DNA of 64,000 nt from assembly GCA_943787795.1 (NCBI GenBank), contig CALSNU010000001.1, forward strand, positions 192,001 to 256,000. Reading direction: 5' to 3'. The notes under the pieces are model-generated. The model had not been told where the DNA came from. It saw only the letters and a program-made list of their open reading frames with translations, and did not search any database. A program made the position numbers and the translations under genes. This DNA is from an uncultured bacterium. GTDB taxonomy: Bacteria; Planctomycetota; UBA1135; GCA-002686595. Within the stretch, counting starts at the first letter, position 1; each line of letters opens with the position of its first letter. Below, one piece after another: positions 53,638 to 63,681 of the stretch.

Positions 53638-54807
53638 TCAGCGGCCGGTGAGCTCGGCGAGGACCGCCTCGAGGGCGTCGCACACCCGGCCCACGTCCTC
53701 GTCCTTCATGGCGGGGAACATGGGCAGCGACAGGGTACGGCGGTAGTACTCGGCTGCGCCCGTGAAGGGCGCCGGGTCGTAGCCGAGATCGCGGTAGTAG
53801 GGCTGGGCGGGCACGGGGATGTAGTGCACCTGGGTCCCGATGCTGCGCTCGCGCAGGCCCTGCATGACGGCGGCGCGGGTCGTCCCGAGGGCCTCGAAGT
53901 CCAGCAGGATGCCGAACAGGTGGTAGGCGCTGACGCTGCCGTCGGGGCCGGGGTCGTTGATCTCCACGGCCGCGAGCGGCGCGAGGCGCTCCTCGTACAG
54001 CCGCGCCAGGTGTCGGCGGCGGGCGACGAAGCCCTCGAGGCGGCCCATCTGCGAGGTGCCCAGGGCGCACTGGATATCGGTGATCCGGTAGTTGAAGCCG
54101 AGCTCCTGCTGCTCGTAGTACCAGGGGCCCGGCGAGGGCGCCTTGAGCTGGCCCGGCTCGCGCACCATGCCGTGGGAGATGAAGCTCCGCACCCGCGCGG
54201 CGAGCTCCGCGTCGTGGGTGACCACCGCGCCGCCCTCGCCAGTCGTGGCGTGCTTGACGGGGTGGAAGCTGAAGATCGACATGTCCGACCAGGGGCCGCC
54301 GCCGATGGGGGTGCCGCGCAGGCTCGCGCCGAGGGCGTGGGCGGCGTCGTCGATCACCGCGGCGCCGCGCTCCCGGGCGAAGGTGGAGAGCACCTCCATG
54401 TCCACGGGCCGTCCGGTGAGGTGGACCGGGATCACCGCCCGGGTGCGCGGGGTCCACGCGGCCTCAAGGTCCTCGGGCCGCATGAGGCCGCAGTCGGGGC
54501 AGACGTCGGAGAAGACCGGCCGGGCGCCCGCGTAGAGCACTGCGTTTGAGGTGGCGAGGAAGGTCACCGCGGGGACGATGACCTCGTCCTCGGGTCCAAG
54601 GTCAAGGGCATGGCAGGCCGCGTGCAGGGCGGCGGTCCCGGACGACATGGCCACGGCGTGGGGCGCTTGGACAGCGGAGGCCAGCGCGGCTTCGAACGAG
54701 CCCACCCGCGGGCCGGTGGTCAGGTAGGGGGAACGGAGCGCCTCAACAACGGCCGCGATGTCCGCGTCGTCGATGGACTGGGCGCCGTAGGGGAGGAAGT
54801 CGCTCAA
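53638..54807 (-). CDS. DegT/DnrJ/EryC1/StrS sugar aminotransferase (PseC-like)
   Basis: LPYG.QSIDDADI, SSGTAALH, DAAHALG, FSFHPVK..TTGEGG, LG.NYR, QVHYIPV; TTG start is inferred. Confidence 0.85.
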   Translation of the reverse strand: MSDFLPYGAQSIDDADIAAVVEALRSPYLTTGPRVGSFEAALASAVQAPHAVAMSSGTAALHAACHALDLGPEDEVIVPAVTFLATSNAVLYAGARPVFSDVCPDCGLMRPEDLEAAWTPRTRAVIPVHLTGRPVDMEVLSTFARERGAAVIDDAAHALGASLRGTPIGGGPWSDMSIFSFHPVKHATTGEGGAVVTHDAELAARVRSFISHGMVREPGQLKAPSPGPWYYEQQELGFNYRITDIQCALGTSQMGRLEGFVARRRHLARLYEERLAPLAAVEINDPGPDGSVSAYHLFGILLDFEALGTTRAAVMQGLRERSIGTQVHYIPVPAQPYYRDLGYDPAPFTGAAEYYRRTLSLPMFPAMKDEDVGRVCDALEAVLAELTGR

Positions 54808-55031
54808 GGTCTTGGCTCCGGAGAGAGGGCCAGAAGATAGCAGTTGTCCGGGGGCGGCGCCCGGGCTCAGACCCGACCCGCATGGCCCTTGGCCGGCTGC
54901 TTGTTGGACCGCCAGCGTCATGCGACCCGAGGACCCGGCTGTCCGGTATCCCCTGGAGCCTGAGCCATCGGGTCGCGTGGACTTGATGGGCGACGCGCGG
55001 GGCGCGGTGTCTCTGGCCCCTCGGGGCGAGC

Positions 55032-57008
55032 TCAGGGGGCCGGCGCGGGGCTCGGCTGGCCGAGTTCGCTGGCGAGTTGCTCGAGCACCGGGTGCTCGGC
55101 GCCTGCAGCGGCTGCGAGCTCGAGGGCCTCCCGGATGGTCTCGGTGTCGCCGAGTTGGGCGAGGGTCTTTACGAGCGCGGACCACGCCTCGCCGTCCCCG
55201 CGGTCCAGCGCGACAGACTGCTGCAGGGCCTCAAGGGCCCCGTCGTGCTGGTCCATGGCGGAGAGGGAGACGCCCAGGAGCAGCCATGCTTCCGCGCAGC
55301 CGGAGGCGGACTCGAGCGCGATGAGCAGCAGGCGGCTGGCCTCCATCGGGTTGCCGGCGTCGATGAGCTGAGCGGCCTTCTCGACCCCGAGATTGAGGGG
55401 GTTCTCCGGGAGGTCGGGCGCCTCGGCGAGCCAGGGGTAGGTCCGGAGGAGGAAGCGCTCTTCCACGAGACTCCGGGAGCCCTCCGCCCCCTCGGCGGGG
55501 GGGTCCTGGAGGGGCGCGTCGCCGAGGACGAACTGGCAGATCCGGTCAAGCTCGGGGTCCTTGCCCTCGGCGAGTTCGGACGTCGAGGTGAAGGTCAGCG
55601 CGCCCTTGCCGCCCGCCTGCTCCTCGACCCAGGGGAACTCCACGGCGACCTCGTTGTAGAGCTTGTTCATGAAGCGGTGGGCGAGCAGCGAGGCCCGGAA
55701 GCTCACGGGCTGCCTGACCGCTTCACGCACGGTCGGGAGATAGGCCTCGGGCGTCGGCACGAAGTGCACCATCTCGGTCAGCCCGTACCAGCCGCGGGCG
55801 ACCGCGACCACGGGCTTGCCACGAGATGCCATCTCGACGCCCAGCGTCGTGCCGTAGACGACGCCGCACGCGGCGATGTCCGCGAGCGTGTAGGAGGACA
55901 CATCGTCGGTGGGCATCACCAGCCGGCAGTTCGACGGCAGCTCCGCTGCGATGGCCCGAGCTTGCTCCATGGCCTGCTCGTTGACGCCGTAGTTGACGAG
56001 GTTGGGATGGAGCCTGATGACCCACTGGAGCTCGGGGCTCTGCCGCGCGGCTTCCAGGGTCGCGGGGATCCAGTTGAGGGAGTCGGGGAAGGCGCCCTCA
56101 CGCCGCTCGGGGAAGGTGAGCCACTCATCGTCCGAGCTCGTGAAGCAGGCCACGATCGGGCGGTCGTCGAGGGTCAGCTGACGGCGCAGGGCGTCGGCCT
56201 CCCCGGGAGGCGGGCTGAACGACCGCCAGTTGAGGTCCTTGCCGTACCGCCTGTTGTGGAACATCTGCGAGGTGGCGCGCGCCTCCTCGAGCTCGAGGGG
56301 GACGTCGTGCCAGTCGGACCAGATGCGATCGAACAGGTCCAGCTCGTGGATCATGCCCCCGGAGCGCAGGAGCGCCGTGGACTTGCGGAAGCCGCGCTCG
56401 TGCGTGACGAGCTGGAGCCCACGCTGGTGCGCGAGCTCCACGGCGACTCGGTGACTGAAGAAGCGGCCGTTGAAGGTGATGACGACCTCGGGCTGGAACT
56501 CGTCGAAGGCGCCCGAGAGGGCCTCGAAGGAGATCGCCGTTCCGACGATGCAGTCCCGTAGCACCTGCGCCACGCCGGGGTCCTCGAGGGAGATCCGCGA
56601 GAGGCGGAACTGGTTGAAGGCCGAGGACTTCGCCCACTCACCTACCGGCTGGCCGGACCAGCGGGCGTCCAGGAGCTCGTCGTCCGCGAGGCCCTTCACC
56701 CAGGTCTCGATGCGGGCGATCCGGTCCTTGGAGATCCAGGTCCCGAGCCACTGCCACTCCAGGGCGTAGCTGGCGAGGTGCGTGGACTGCAGCGCCTGGC
56801 AGTGGGAGCACGCGTTGGGGGGCCGGTGGCCGTTGGCGTCCCCCGTGGTGTTCCGACGGAAGATGTCGCACTCGCGGAAGAGGGCATCGCAGAGGGTGAA
56901 ACGAACCTCGGCGCCGCGCTCCCTGAGGGCGTGGGCGAGGGTGGCCTCCATGGCGGCGTGGTAGCCCCAGACGCTGTAGGGGCTGTGGATGAAGACGCGT
57001 TTCGACAT
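55032..57008 (-). CDS. Capsular-polysaccharide biosynthesis-like (GT-B) protein with C-terminal TPR
   Basis: FNGRF, HERG, IRLHP, SSY.L, T.G.E....GKPV; C-terminal TPR helices. Confidence 0.65.
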   Translation of the reverse strand: MSKRVFIHSPYSVWGYHAAMEATLAHALRERGAEVRFTLCDALFRECDIFRRNTTGDANGHRPPNACSHCQALQSTHLASYALEWQWLGTWISKDRIARIETWVKGLADDELLDARWSGQPVGEWAKSSAFNQFRLSRISLEDPGVAQVLRDCIVGTAISFEALSGAFDEFQPEVVITFNGRFFSHRVAVELAHQRGLQLVTHERGFRKSTALLRSGGMIHELDLFDRIWSDWHDVPLELEEARATSQMFHNRRYGKDLNWRSFSPPPGEADALRRQLTLDDRPIVACFTSSDDEWLTFPERREGAFPDSLNWIPATLEAARQSPELQWVIRLHPNLVNYGVNEQAMEQARAIAAELPSNCRLVMPTDDVSSYTLADIAACGVVYGTTLGVEMASRGKPVVAVARGWYGLTEMVHFVPTPEAYLPTVREAVRQPVSFRASLLAHRFMNKLYNEVAVEFPWVEEQAGGKGALTFTSTSELAEGKDPELDRICQFVLGDAPLQDPPAEGAEGSRSLVEERFLLRTYPWLAEAPDLPENPLNLGVEKAAQLIDAGNPMEASRLLLIALESASGCAEAWLLLGVSLSAMDQHDGALEALQQSVALDRGDGEAWSALVKTLAQLGDTETIREALELAAAAGAEHPVLEQLASELGQPSPAPAP

Positions 57009-57229
57009 GGGGTACGGTGGAGCGAGCTTGTGGCGTGGATCCCAGCGGATGGTACGGAGGCCGGGTCGGGATCCGAAACGTGCAGCGATGGAACCAGGGG
57101 GGCGCTGAGGTCGCCGTTGGACACAACTCGGGCCCCTCCGCGTGTGACGCCGGTAAGCAACCTGGGGGCAGCGCGCGGGATTCGCTCCTGGGGAGTGGTG
57201 GGAACGCGCGCGCAGTCCAGAATGTGCGC

Positions 57230-58432
57230 ATGCTGATGGTCATGGTTCCCTGGGTCACGCTGCCCCTCGCGGGTGCGATCGGCGCCGCCGCCCCCGCTCT
57301 CGCTGGAGTGGACCCGGTCGCGGCCTCGGTGGAGGTCCCCGCCTCCGAGGAGGAGTGGCCGCTCTTTCGAGGTGACAGTCACCTGTCAGGGATCGCGTCC
57401 AGCGCGCTCCCCGCGGACCTCGAGCTCAGCTGGACCTACGATGCTGGAAAGGCGATCACGTCCTCTCCGGTGGTCGCCGGTGGCCGGGTCTTCTTCGGGG
57501 CCGACGACCATGCGGTCCACTGCGCCGACGCGAGCAGCGGAGAGCCCGTTTGGAAGTTCATGACCGAGGACCTCGTGGAGGCGCCGCCGCTGGTCCTCGA
57601 CGGGACCGTCTTCATCGGGAGTAACGACACCTTCTTCTACGCCATCGACGCCGCGACCGGCGAGCTCCGCTGGAAGGCGCCGACCATGGACAAGATCCTC
57701 GGCGGCGCCAACCACGTGTCGGTGGGGGAGCGCTCCGTGGTGGTCGTGGGGTCCTACGACAATCGCCTGTACGCCTTCGATGCGAAGACGGGTGAGCAGC
57801 TCTGGGCCTACGAGACCGACAACTACGTGAACGGCACCCCGGCCATCGACGAGGGGCGCGCGATCTTCGGCGGCTGCGACGCCATCCTGCACGTGGTGGA
57901 CGTCACGGTCGGCAAGCGGGCCGCCGCGGTCGAGCTGGGTGGCGACAGCCACATTGCGGGCTCCGCGGCCTTCCTGGGAGGACGGGCGTACTTCGGCCAC
58001 TACGGCAACCAGTTCGTGTGCGTGGACGTGGCGAAGGGCGAGGTGGTCTGGGCGTATGACTCACCGCGGCAGGCCTTCTTCTCCTCCCCGGCGATCACCG
58101 ACGACCTGGTGGTGTTCGGCGGCCGAGACCGGCATCTGCACTGCGTGCGCCGCGAGACCGGCGAGCCCGTCTGGAAGTTCCGGACCCGCCGCAAGGTGGA
58201 CGGCTCCCCGGTGGTCGCCGGCGACGCCGTGGTGTTCGGCTCCGATGATGGCCGGATGTACATGCTCGGCCTGCAGGACGGCGCCCAGCGCTGGAGCTAC
58301 GACATCGGCGAGCCTGTGCTCTCCTCGCCCGCGGTTGTGAACGGCCGGGTGTACGTGGGCGCCAACGACGGCCAGCTCTACTGCTTCGCCGCTCCTACGG
58401 CCGAGCTCAAGGACGCAGAGGTGGACCGTTGA
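57230..58432 (+). CDS. Secreted PQQ-like/BamB-like beta-propeller protein
   Basis: EWPLFRGD; about eight regular SSP...G.V..G..DG..Y..D..TG...W repeats. Confidence 0.85.
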   Translation: MLMVMVPWVTLPLAGAIGAAAPALAGVDPVAASVEVPASEEEWPLFRGDSHLSGIASSALPADLELSWTYDAGKAITSSPVVAGGRVFFGADDHAVHCADASSGEPVWKFMTEDLVEAPPLVLDGTVFIGSNDTFFYAIDAATGELRWKAPTMDKILGGANHVSVGERSVVVVGSYDNRLYAFDAKTGEQLWAYETDNYVNGTPAIDEGRAIFGGCDAILHVVDVTVGKRAAAVELGGDSHIAGSAAFLGGRAYFGHYGNQFVCVDVAKGEVVWAYDSPRQAFFSSPAITDDLVVFGGRDRHLHCVRRETGEPVWKFRTRRKVDGSPVVAGDAVVFGSDDGRMYMLGLQDGAQRWSYDIGEPVLSSPAVVNGRVYVGANDGQLYCFAAPTAELKDAEVDR

Positions 58433-59775
58433 AGCGGCTGGACGACAACGCGAGCGGAGAGGGCGCACAGCGTGAGGCGGCGGAGAAGACCACCGTCGGC
58501 AACTACTTCATCTCCAACTACCCGCCGTATTCCTTCTGGAACGAGGAGGCGCTGGGCTCGCTGGAGGGCTGCCTGCAGTCCGCGCCGGCGGACGATCGAC
58601 CGCTCGGTCTCTACGTCCACATCCCCTTCTGCCGCAAGCGCTGCGACTTCTGCTACTTCAAGGTCTACACGGACAAGAACTCCAAGGAGGTCCGCCGGTA
58701 CCTCTCGGGGGTCGCGAGCGAGCTCGACAACTACGCGGATGTTCCGTACCTGAAGGGCCGCAGCCCGCGCTTCGTGTACTTCGGTGGGGGCACGCCCAGC
58801 TACCTCTCCACGGGCCAGCTCGAGGAGCTCTTCGGAGCCCTCCGCGAGCGGATCGACTGGTCCGACGTGGAGGAGGTGACCTTCGAGTGCGAGCCGGGGA
58901 CCCTCTCGCTGCCCAAGCTGCAGACCCTGCGCGACCTCGGGGTGACGCGCCTCTCCCTGGGCGTGGAGAACTTCAACCCGGCCATCCTCGAGCGCAATAA
59001 TCGGGCGCACCGGGCCGAGGAGATCGTGCGCACCTACGGCTTCGCCCGCGAGGTCGGGTTCCCGCAGGTGAACATCGACCTGATCGCCGGGATGATCGGC
59101 GAGACCGACGAGAACTGGGCGCACTGCATCGAGCGCACCCTGGAGCTCGGGCCCGACAGCGTGACGATCTATCAGATGGAGGTGCCCTACAACACGACCA
59201 TCTATCGCCGCATGAAGGACGACGAGACCGAGGAGGCGCCGGTGGCTGACTGGGCCACCAAGCGCCGCTGGGTCCGGGAGGCCTTCGCCGCCCTCGGCGA
59301 GGCCGGCTTCGAGCAGTCCAGCGCCTACACCGCGTACCGGGGCGGCGGGACGAGCTTCCTCTACCGGGACTCCCTCTGGCACGGCGCGGACATGCTGGGC
59401 CTCGGCGTCTCGTCCTTCTCGCACCTGGGCGGGATCCACTTCCAGAACGAGCCGTCCTTCGGCGGCTACCTCGACCGCGCGGAGCGGGGCGAGCGACCGA
59501 TCTCGCGGGCCTACGCCCTCGGGGACGACGAGCGGCTCATCCGCGAGTTCATCCTCCAGCTGAAGACCGGCACCGTCGACGCCGGCGCCTTCCGCTCCAA
59601 GTTCGAGGTGGACCCTCTGACGCGCTTCGCCGGCGCGCTGGCGGACCACGAGGCGGCTGGCATGCTGACCGTGGAGGGGGACCAGATCCGGACCACTCCC
59701 GACGGGCTCCTGGTGGTGGACACGCTCCTGCCGGCGTTCTTCCGTCCCGAGCACATCTCTGACCGCTACGTCTGA
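58429..59775 (+). CDS. HemN-like radical SAM enzyme
   Basis: LYVHIPFCRKRCDFCYF, YFGGGTPS, RLS.GV, N.DLI.G, GLG.SS.S. Confidence 0.88.
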   Translation: MKRLDDNASGEGAQREAAEKTTVGNYFISNYPPYSFWNEEALGSLEGCLQSAPADDRPLGLYVHIPFCRKRCDFCYFKVYTDKNSKEVRRYLSGVASELDNYADVPYLKGRSPRFVYFGGGTPSYLSTGQLEELFGALRERIDWSDVEEVTFECEPGTLSLPKLQTLRDLGVTRLSLGVENFNPAILERNNRAHRAEEIVRTYGFAREVGFPQVNIDLIAGMIGETDENWAHCIERTLELGPDSVTIYQMEVPYNTTIYRRMKDDETEEAPVADWATKRRWVREAFAALGEAGFEQSSAYTAYRGGGTSFLYRDSLWHGADMLGLGVSSFSHLGGIHFQNEPSFGGYLDRAERGERPISRAYALGDDERLIREFILQLKTGTVDAGAFRSKFEVDPLTRFAGALADHEAAGMLTVEGDQIRTTPDGLLVVDTLLPAFFRPEHISDRYV

Positions 59776-59790
59776 GCGCCCCGCGGCCCC

Positions 59791-61107
59791 GTGCGGATCC
59801 TCCAGCTGACCCCCGGCACCGGCGACTTCCTGTGCGGGAGTTGCCTGCGCGACAACTCCCTGGTCATGGGCCTGCGGGATCGCGGTCACGACGCGCTGAT
59901 CGCGCCGCTCTACCTGCCCTTCGCCATGGAGGACGGCTCGGTCGACGCCGCGCGGCCGGGGGAGATCGAGCCCACGATCCACATGGGCGGGATCAACGTC
60001 TTCCTGCAGCAGAAGCTCGGCCTCTTCCGGTGGCTGCCGCGGGTCCTGCACGACCGGCTCGACTCGCCGCGGCTGCTGCGCTGGGCGGCGGGCCACTCGA
60101 AGATGACCGAGACGCCGGGGCTCGGGGCGCTGACGCTGTCCATGCTCCGGGGCGAGGAGGGCCGCCAGCGCGCCGAGGTCGCGCGGCTGGTGGAGTGGGC
60201 GCGGGAGCTGCCCCGCCCCGACGTGCTCCTGCTCTCCAACGTGATGCTCATCGGGCTGGCCCGGGAGCTCAAGGCGGCCCTCGGCTGTCCCGTGGTCTGC
60301 ACCATGCAGGGGGAGGCGCCCTTCCTCGAGGCCCTGGACGACGGGCACCGTGAGCGCTGCTGGGCGACGCTCGCGGAGCGCGCCCGGGACGTGGACGGGT
60401 TCCTCGCCGTGAGCCAGTACACCGCTGACCTGATGTCCTCCCGCATGGAGGTGGACCCGGCGAAGGTGCAGGTGGTGTGGAACGGCGGCGACCTCGAGGG
60501 GATCGCGCCGGACCCCGGCCGCCGTGACCCCGAGCGGCCTGCGATCGGCTACCTGGCCCGCATGTGCCGCGACAAGGGCATCGAGGCCCTGGTGGAGGGC
60601 TTCCTGCACCTCAAGGAGCGTCACCCCCGGGCCCGCCTGGTGGCGGCAGGGGTGGTGCTGAACGAGGACCGCGAGCTCCTCCAGCGGCTGGAGCAGCGCG
60701 TGGCGGGGGCCGGCTGGGCGGCTGACGTGGAGCTCCTCGGCCCGGTCACCCGCGAGCAGAAGATCGATCTCCTCCAGCGGGTCGACGTCCTGAGCGTCCC
60801 TGCGGTCTACGGCGAGTCCTTTGGTCTCTACCTCCCCGAGGCCTGGGCCGCGGGACTCCCCGTGGTGCAGCCCCGCCACGGGGGCTTCACCGAGCTGGTG
60901 GAGCACACCGGCGCTGGGGTCCTCTACGAACCCGGCGACCCTGAGGCCCTCGCGGGCGCCCTCGGAGACCTGCTCGACGACCCCCTCCGGCGGTCCGCGC
61001 TCGGTGAGCAGGGCCGCGCGGCCGCAGCCGAGGACTTCACGCGCGAACGCATGGCCGAGCGCGTCGAAGCGGCGCTGGGTCAGGTGCTGGAATCAGCGGC
61101 CGGCTAG
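59791..61107 (+). CDS. Glycosyltransferase family 4
   Basis: KG...L, ESFGLY..EA.A.G.PVV (ExFG...E); N-terminal CGSC. Confidence 0.85.
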   Translation: MRILQLTPGTGDFLCGSCLRDNSLVMGLRDRGHDALIAPLYLPFAMEDGSVDAARPGEIEPTIHMGGINVFLQQKLGLFRWLPRVLHDRLDSPRLLRWAAGHSKMTETPGLGALTLSMLRGEEGRQRAEVARLVEWARELPRPDVLLLSNVMLIGLARELKAALGCPVVCTMQGEAPFLEALDDGHRERCWATLAERARDVDGFLAVSQYTADLMSSRMEVDPAKVQVVWNGGDLEGIAPDPGRRDPERPAIGYLARMCRDKGIEALVEGFLHLKERHPRARLVAAGVVLNEDRELLQRLEQRVAGAGWAADVELLGPVTREQKIDLLQRVDVLSVPAVYGESFGLYLPEAWAAGLPVVQPRHGGFTELVEHTGAGVLYEPGDPEALAGALGDLLDDPLRRSALGEQGRAAAAEDFTRERMAERVEAALGQVLESAAG

Positions 61108-61333
61108 GACGAGCTCGGCTTGGGGGGGCGCATGACGGTCGAGGCCGTGGGGGGGCCTGGTCGAGGTCAAGCCGGCCACCGTGGTGGCCTCGAGGCGCGA
61201 TTCGGAGACGGCGCTGGCTGAAGGGCGCCGGCCCCCTTCAGCGAGTCCCGGGCCGCGGCGAGTCGAATCGGCCGAGGGACGAGGCTCCGGCGCGTCCCTG
61301 GCCCTTCATTCAGGGCCGACCGGCGGGCCGACG

Positions 61334-61828
61334 CTACCAGTAGATGGACCGGTGGTAGGTCCGTCCCGTCGCGGAGTCGTGGATGTAGGTCTGGCTGCCA
61401 CCGTTGGCTGCGGAGTACCCATAAGAAACAATGCCCTCGTGCCAGACCCAGCCGAGGGAGGCGTAGCGCTCTTCGAAGACGTCGCGGCCCAACGGCCGCC
61501 TCTCCGCGTGGGAGTCGAGCTCTTGGCCCCTGCCGTAGTGCTCGTCGAAGAAGGCGTTGAGGTCCTTCTCGTTCACCGTGAACCAAGCCTCGTGGTCGAT
61601 CGGAAAGTGCCGGTCCAGCGTGATGTCGGTCGCCGCCGGCGGGATCAGCGCCCTGCCTCGCACCGGGGAGATCCGGTCCCGGTGGTCGTAGTGGGCGTCG
61701 ATCCCGTAGTAGAGGTACAGCGCCCCTCCACAGACCATCGCGATGATCATCGCGGCGCCGAGCGCCTGGAGGAGGCACCCGAGGATCGAGGGCCTCGACG
61801 GGGGAGGGAGTTCGGGGTCTTTGGGCAT
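61334..61828 (-). CDS. Hypothetical single-TM protein
   Basis: ATG at 61828; one TM helix followed by a soluble domain. Confidence 0.55.
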   Translation of the reverse strand: MPKDPELPPPSRPSILGCLLQALGAAMIIAMVCGGALYLYYGIDAHYDHRDRISPVRGRALIPPAATDITLDRHFPIDHEAWFTVNEKDLNAFFDEHYGRGQELDSHAERRPLGRDVFEERYASLGWVWHEGIVSYGYSAANGGSQTYIHDSATGRTYHRSIYW

Positions 61829-62154
61829 GTTCTCTGACGGGGCAATTCGGTCCTGGCTGAACCCCAGCTGGTACGACCCTGGGGGCCAAGGTAGCCACTT
61901 GGGCGCCAGAGGATCAGCGCAACCGCACCTGGCTCCGGGGTGCACGGCTGGAAGGGCCCCTAGGGGTGATCTTCAGCCCGTCGTCCAGCAGGTCGAACGC
62001 GAGCGCTCGATTGAGGCGGCCACCGATGATGGGGTGGAGCAGCCGATGGAGGCCCGACGGGCGGCGGACGTACGAGAGAGGCGAGCCAAGGGCCTGGGGA
62101 GACTGACGGGGGGTCCGCCCCTGGGTCGTTCGGGCGGCGGCATGCTCGCGCCGC

Positions 62155-63180
62155 CTAGACCACCCATTCCCCGTCTCTGTAGATCACCTCGTCGTCCAGC
62201 AGCACGCGGCTCGTCACCGCGAAGACGTCCACGTGGTGCTTGGCGGTCTTCTTGCGGATCTGGGGCTTGTTGTACATCGCGTGCTTGGAGCCGAGGGAGA
62301 CGTGCACGCCGCACATGCGCTCGAAGCTGCCGATGTCGAGCACCGTCCGCTCGTTCGTGAAGGCTCGGTTGAGGCCGAGGCCTAGCTCGCGCAGCCAGAC
62401 CTCACCGTCGTCGCGGCGGATGTTGGCGAGGACCTCATCGAACTCGTCGGTCGAGTTCCGGGTCCCCGTCACGCGCCCCTCTTCGATGACGAGGGTGATG
62501 GGGTGGGGCGGACGGTTGAGGTTGAAGGAGGTGTCGCCAAAGAACGAGATGACGAGGGAGCCGTGGACCGCCTCGAGGTCCTTGGATTCCGTGAAGACCT
62601 CGCCGATGGGGAACTGGCCGCCGGTGTTCTTCATGCCGGTGTAGTCGCCGATGTTCATCTTGGCGGACTCGAAGCCGGCGGGGAAGGTCAGGCGCTCGCC
62701 CGCGCTCTCCACGACGCCGATCCCCGCTTCATCAAGGCGGGCCTTGAGGGCATGGCCCACACCGCGGAAGTAGTCCGGGTCGTAGGCGAGGGCGTCGATG
62801 TAGGTCAGCGCCTCCTCGCCGCACATGCGGGCGAGGTGCGGGTGCTCGATCACCTTCAAGGACCGGTTGAACAGCTCGATTCGAATGCGGAAGGCGTCGA
62901 GTCGGAAGCTGGTCGACTGGATCATGACGACGAGGTCGCCGGGGCTGAGCCGCTCGAAGGCGCTCAGGATCGCCTCCCGCTTGGCCTCGTCGAACTCGAT
63001 GAACTCAGCCTCCGGGAGGCTGAGCCGGTAGGCCGCCGTGAGCCCGCGAGAGAGCTCGCTATTGCCGTCCCAGACGACCACGCTGGACGCCGGGGCATCG
63101 TGCTCGAGCGCGATGGAGACGATGTCGCGGGTGTTCCTGGCTGCAGCTCGGAGGACCGGTTCAGGGAAGGTGATGCTCAT
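62155..63180 (-). CDS. Hypothetical protein, peptidase M29 (aminopeptidase T)-like C-terminus
   Basis: P.GEVFT, ELG.GLN, ER..G.H.SLG, H.DV motifs. Confidence 0.6.
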   Translation of the reverse strand: MSITFPEPVLRAAARNTRDIVSIALEHDAPASSVVVWDGNSELSRGLTAAYRLSLPEAEFIEFDEAKREAILSAFERLSPGDLVVMIQSTSFRLDAFRIRIELFNRSLKVIEHPHLARMCGEEALTYIDALAYDPDYFRGVGHALKARLDEAGIGVVESAGERLTFPAGFESAKMNIGDYTGMKNTGGQFPIGEVFTESKDLEAVHGSLVISFFGDTSFNLNRPPHPITLVIEEGRVTGTRNSTDEFDEVLANIRRDDGEVWLRELGLGLNRAFTNERTVLDIGSFERMCGVHVSLGSKHAMYNKPQIRKKTAKHHVDVFAVTSRVLLDDEVIYRDGEWVV

Positions 63181-63292
63181 TGGAGCGCCAGAATACTGCG
63201 ACACCGGCACGCCCACCGGCGGATAAGCGATCGAGGCTGTAGAGATCGAGTGAGGGCGAGAAGGGCGCGAGAGACGAGGGAGGCCGGCCTGG

Positions 63293-63386
63293 CGGCCAGG
63301 AGCGGGGAAGGTGCCGACCGGCCAGGAGCAGGGAGGGTGCCGACCGGCCAGGAGCAGGGAAGATGCCGAGCGGCAAGGAGCGGGGG
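63293..63386. repeat. 26-bp tandem repeat (CGGCCAGGAGCRGGGARGGTGCCGAC, about 3.5 copies) in a divergent intergenic region
   Basis: Units at 63293, 63319, 63345 and 63371. Confidence 0.8.
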
Positions 63387-63681
63387 CTCGCCTCGGCCCC
63401 AAGGGGTCTCGACGACCTCGGACAGCGACGCCCTCCGCGGGACAGGCTCGAGGTTCATCAGGGCGATCCGATGGAGCCGGGGTGTGTCCAATCTGGTGGA
63501 GGGTGGGGTGCCGTGGCGGCGGAGCCGCTTCAGACGTCGAACGCGGGTCGTAGAGGTTGTATCCACCAAGGACTGCGCGTCCCATGTGCGCCCGCGTGCG
63601 CGGCCCCGTCTTCGCGGGAGCGTCCGCCGGCTCGCTGCGACTCTCCCGGCGTGTCAGACCTCTTCAAACCAGATCCGATCC

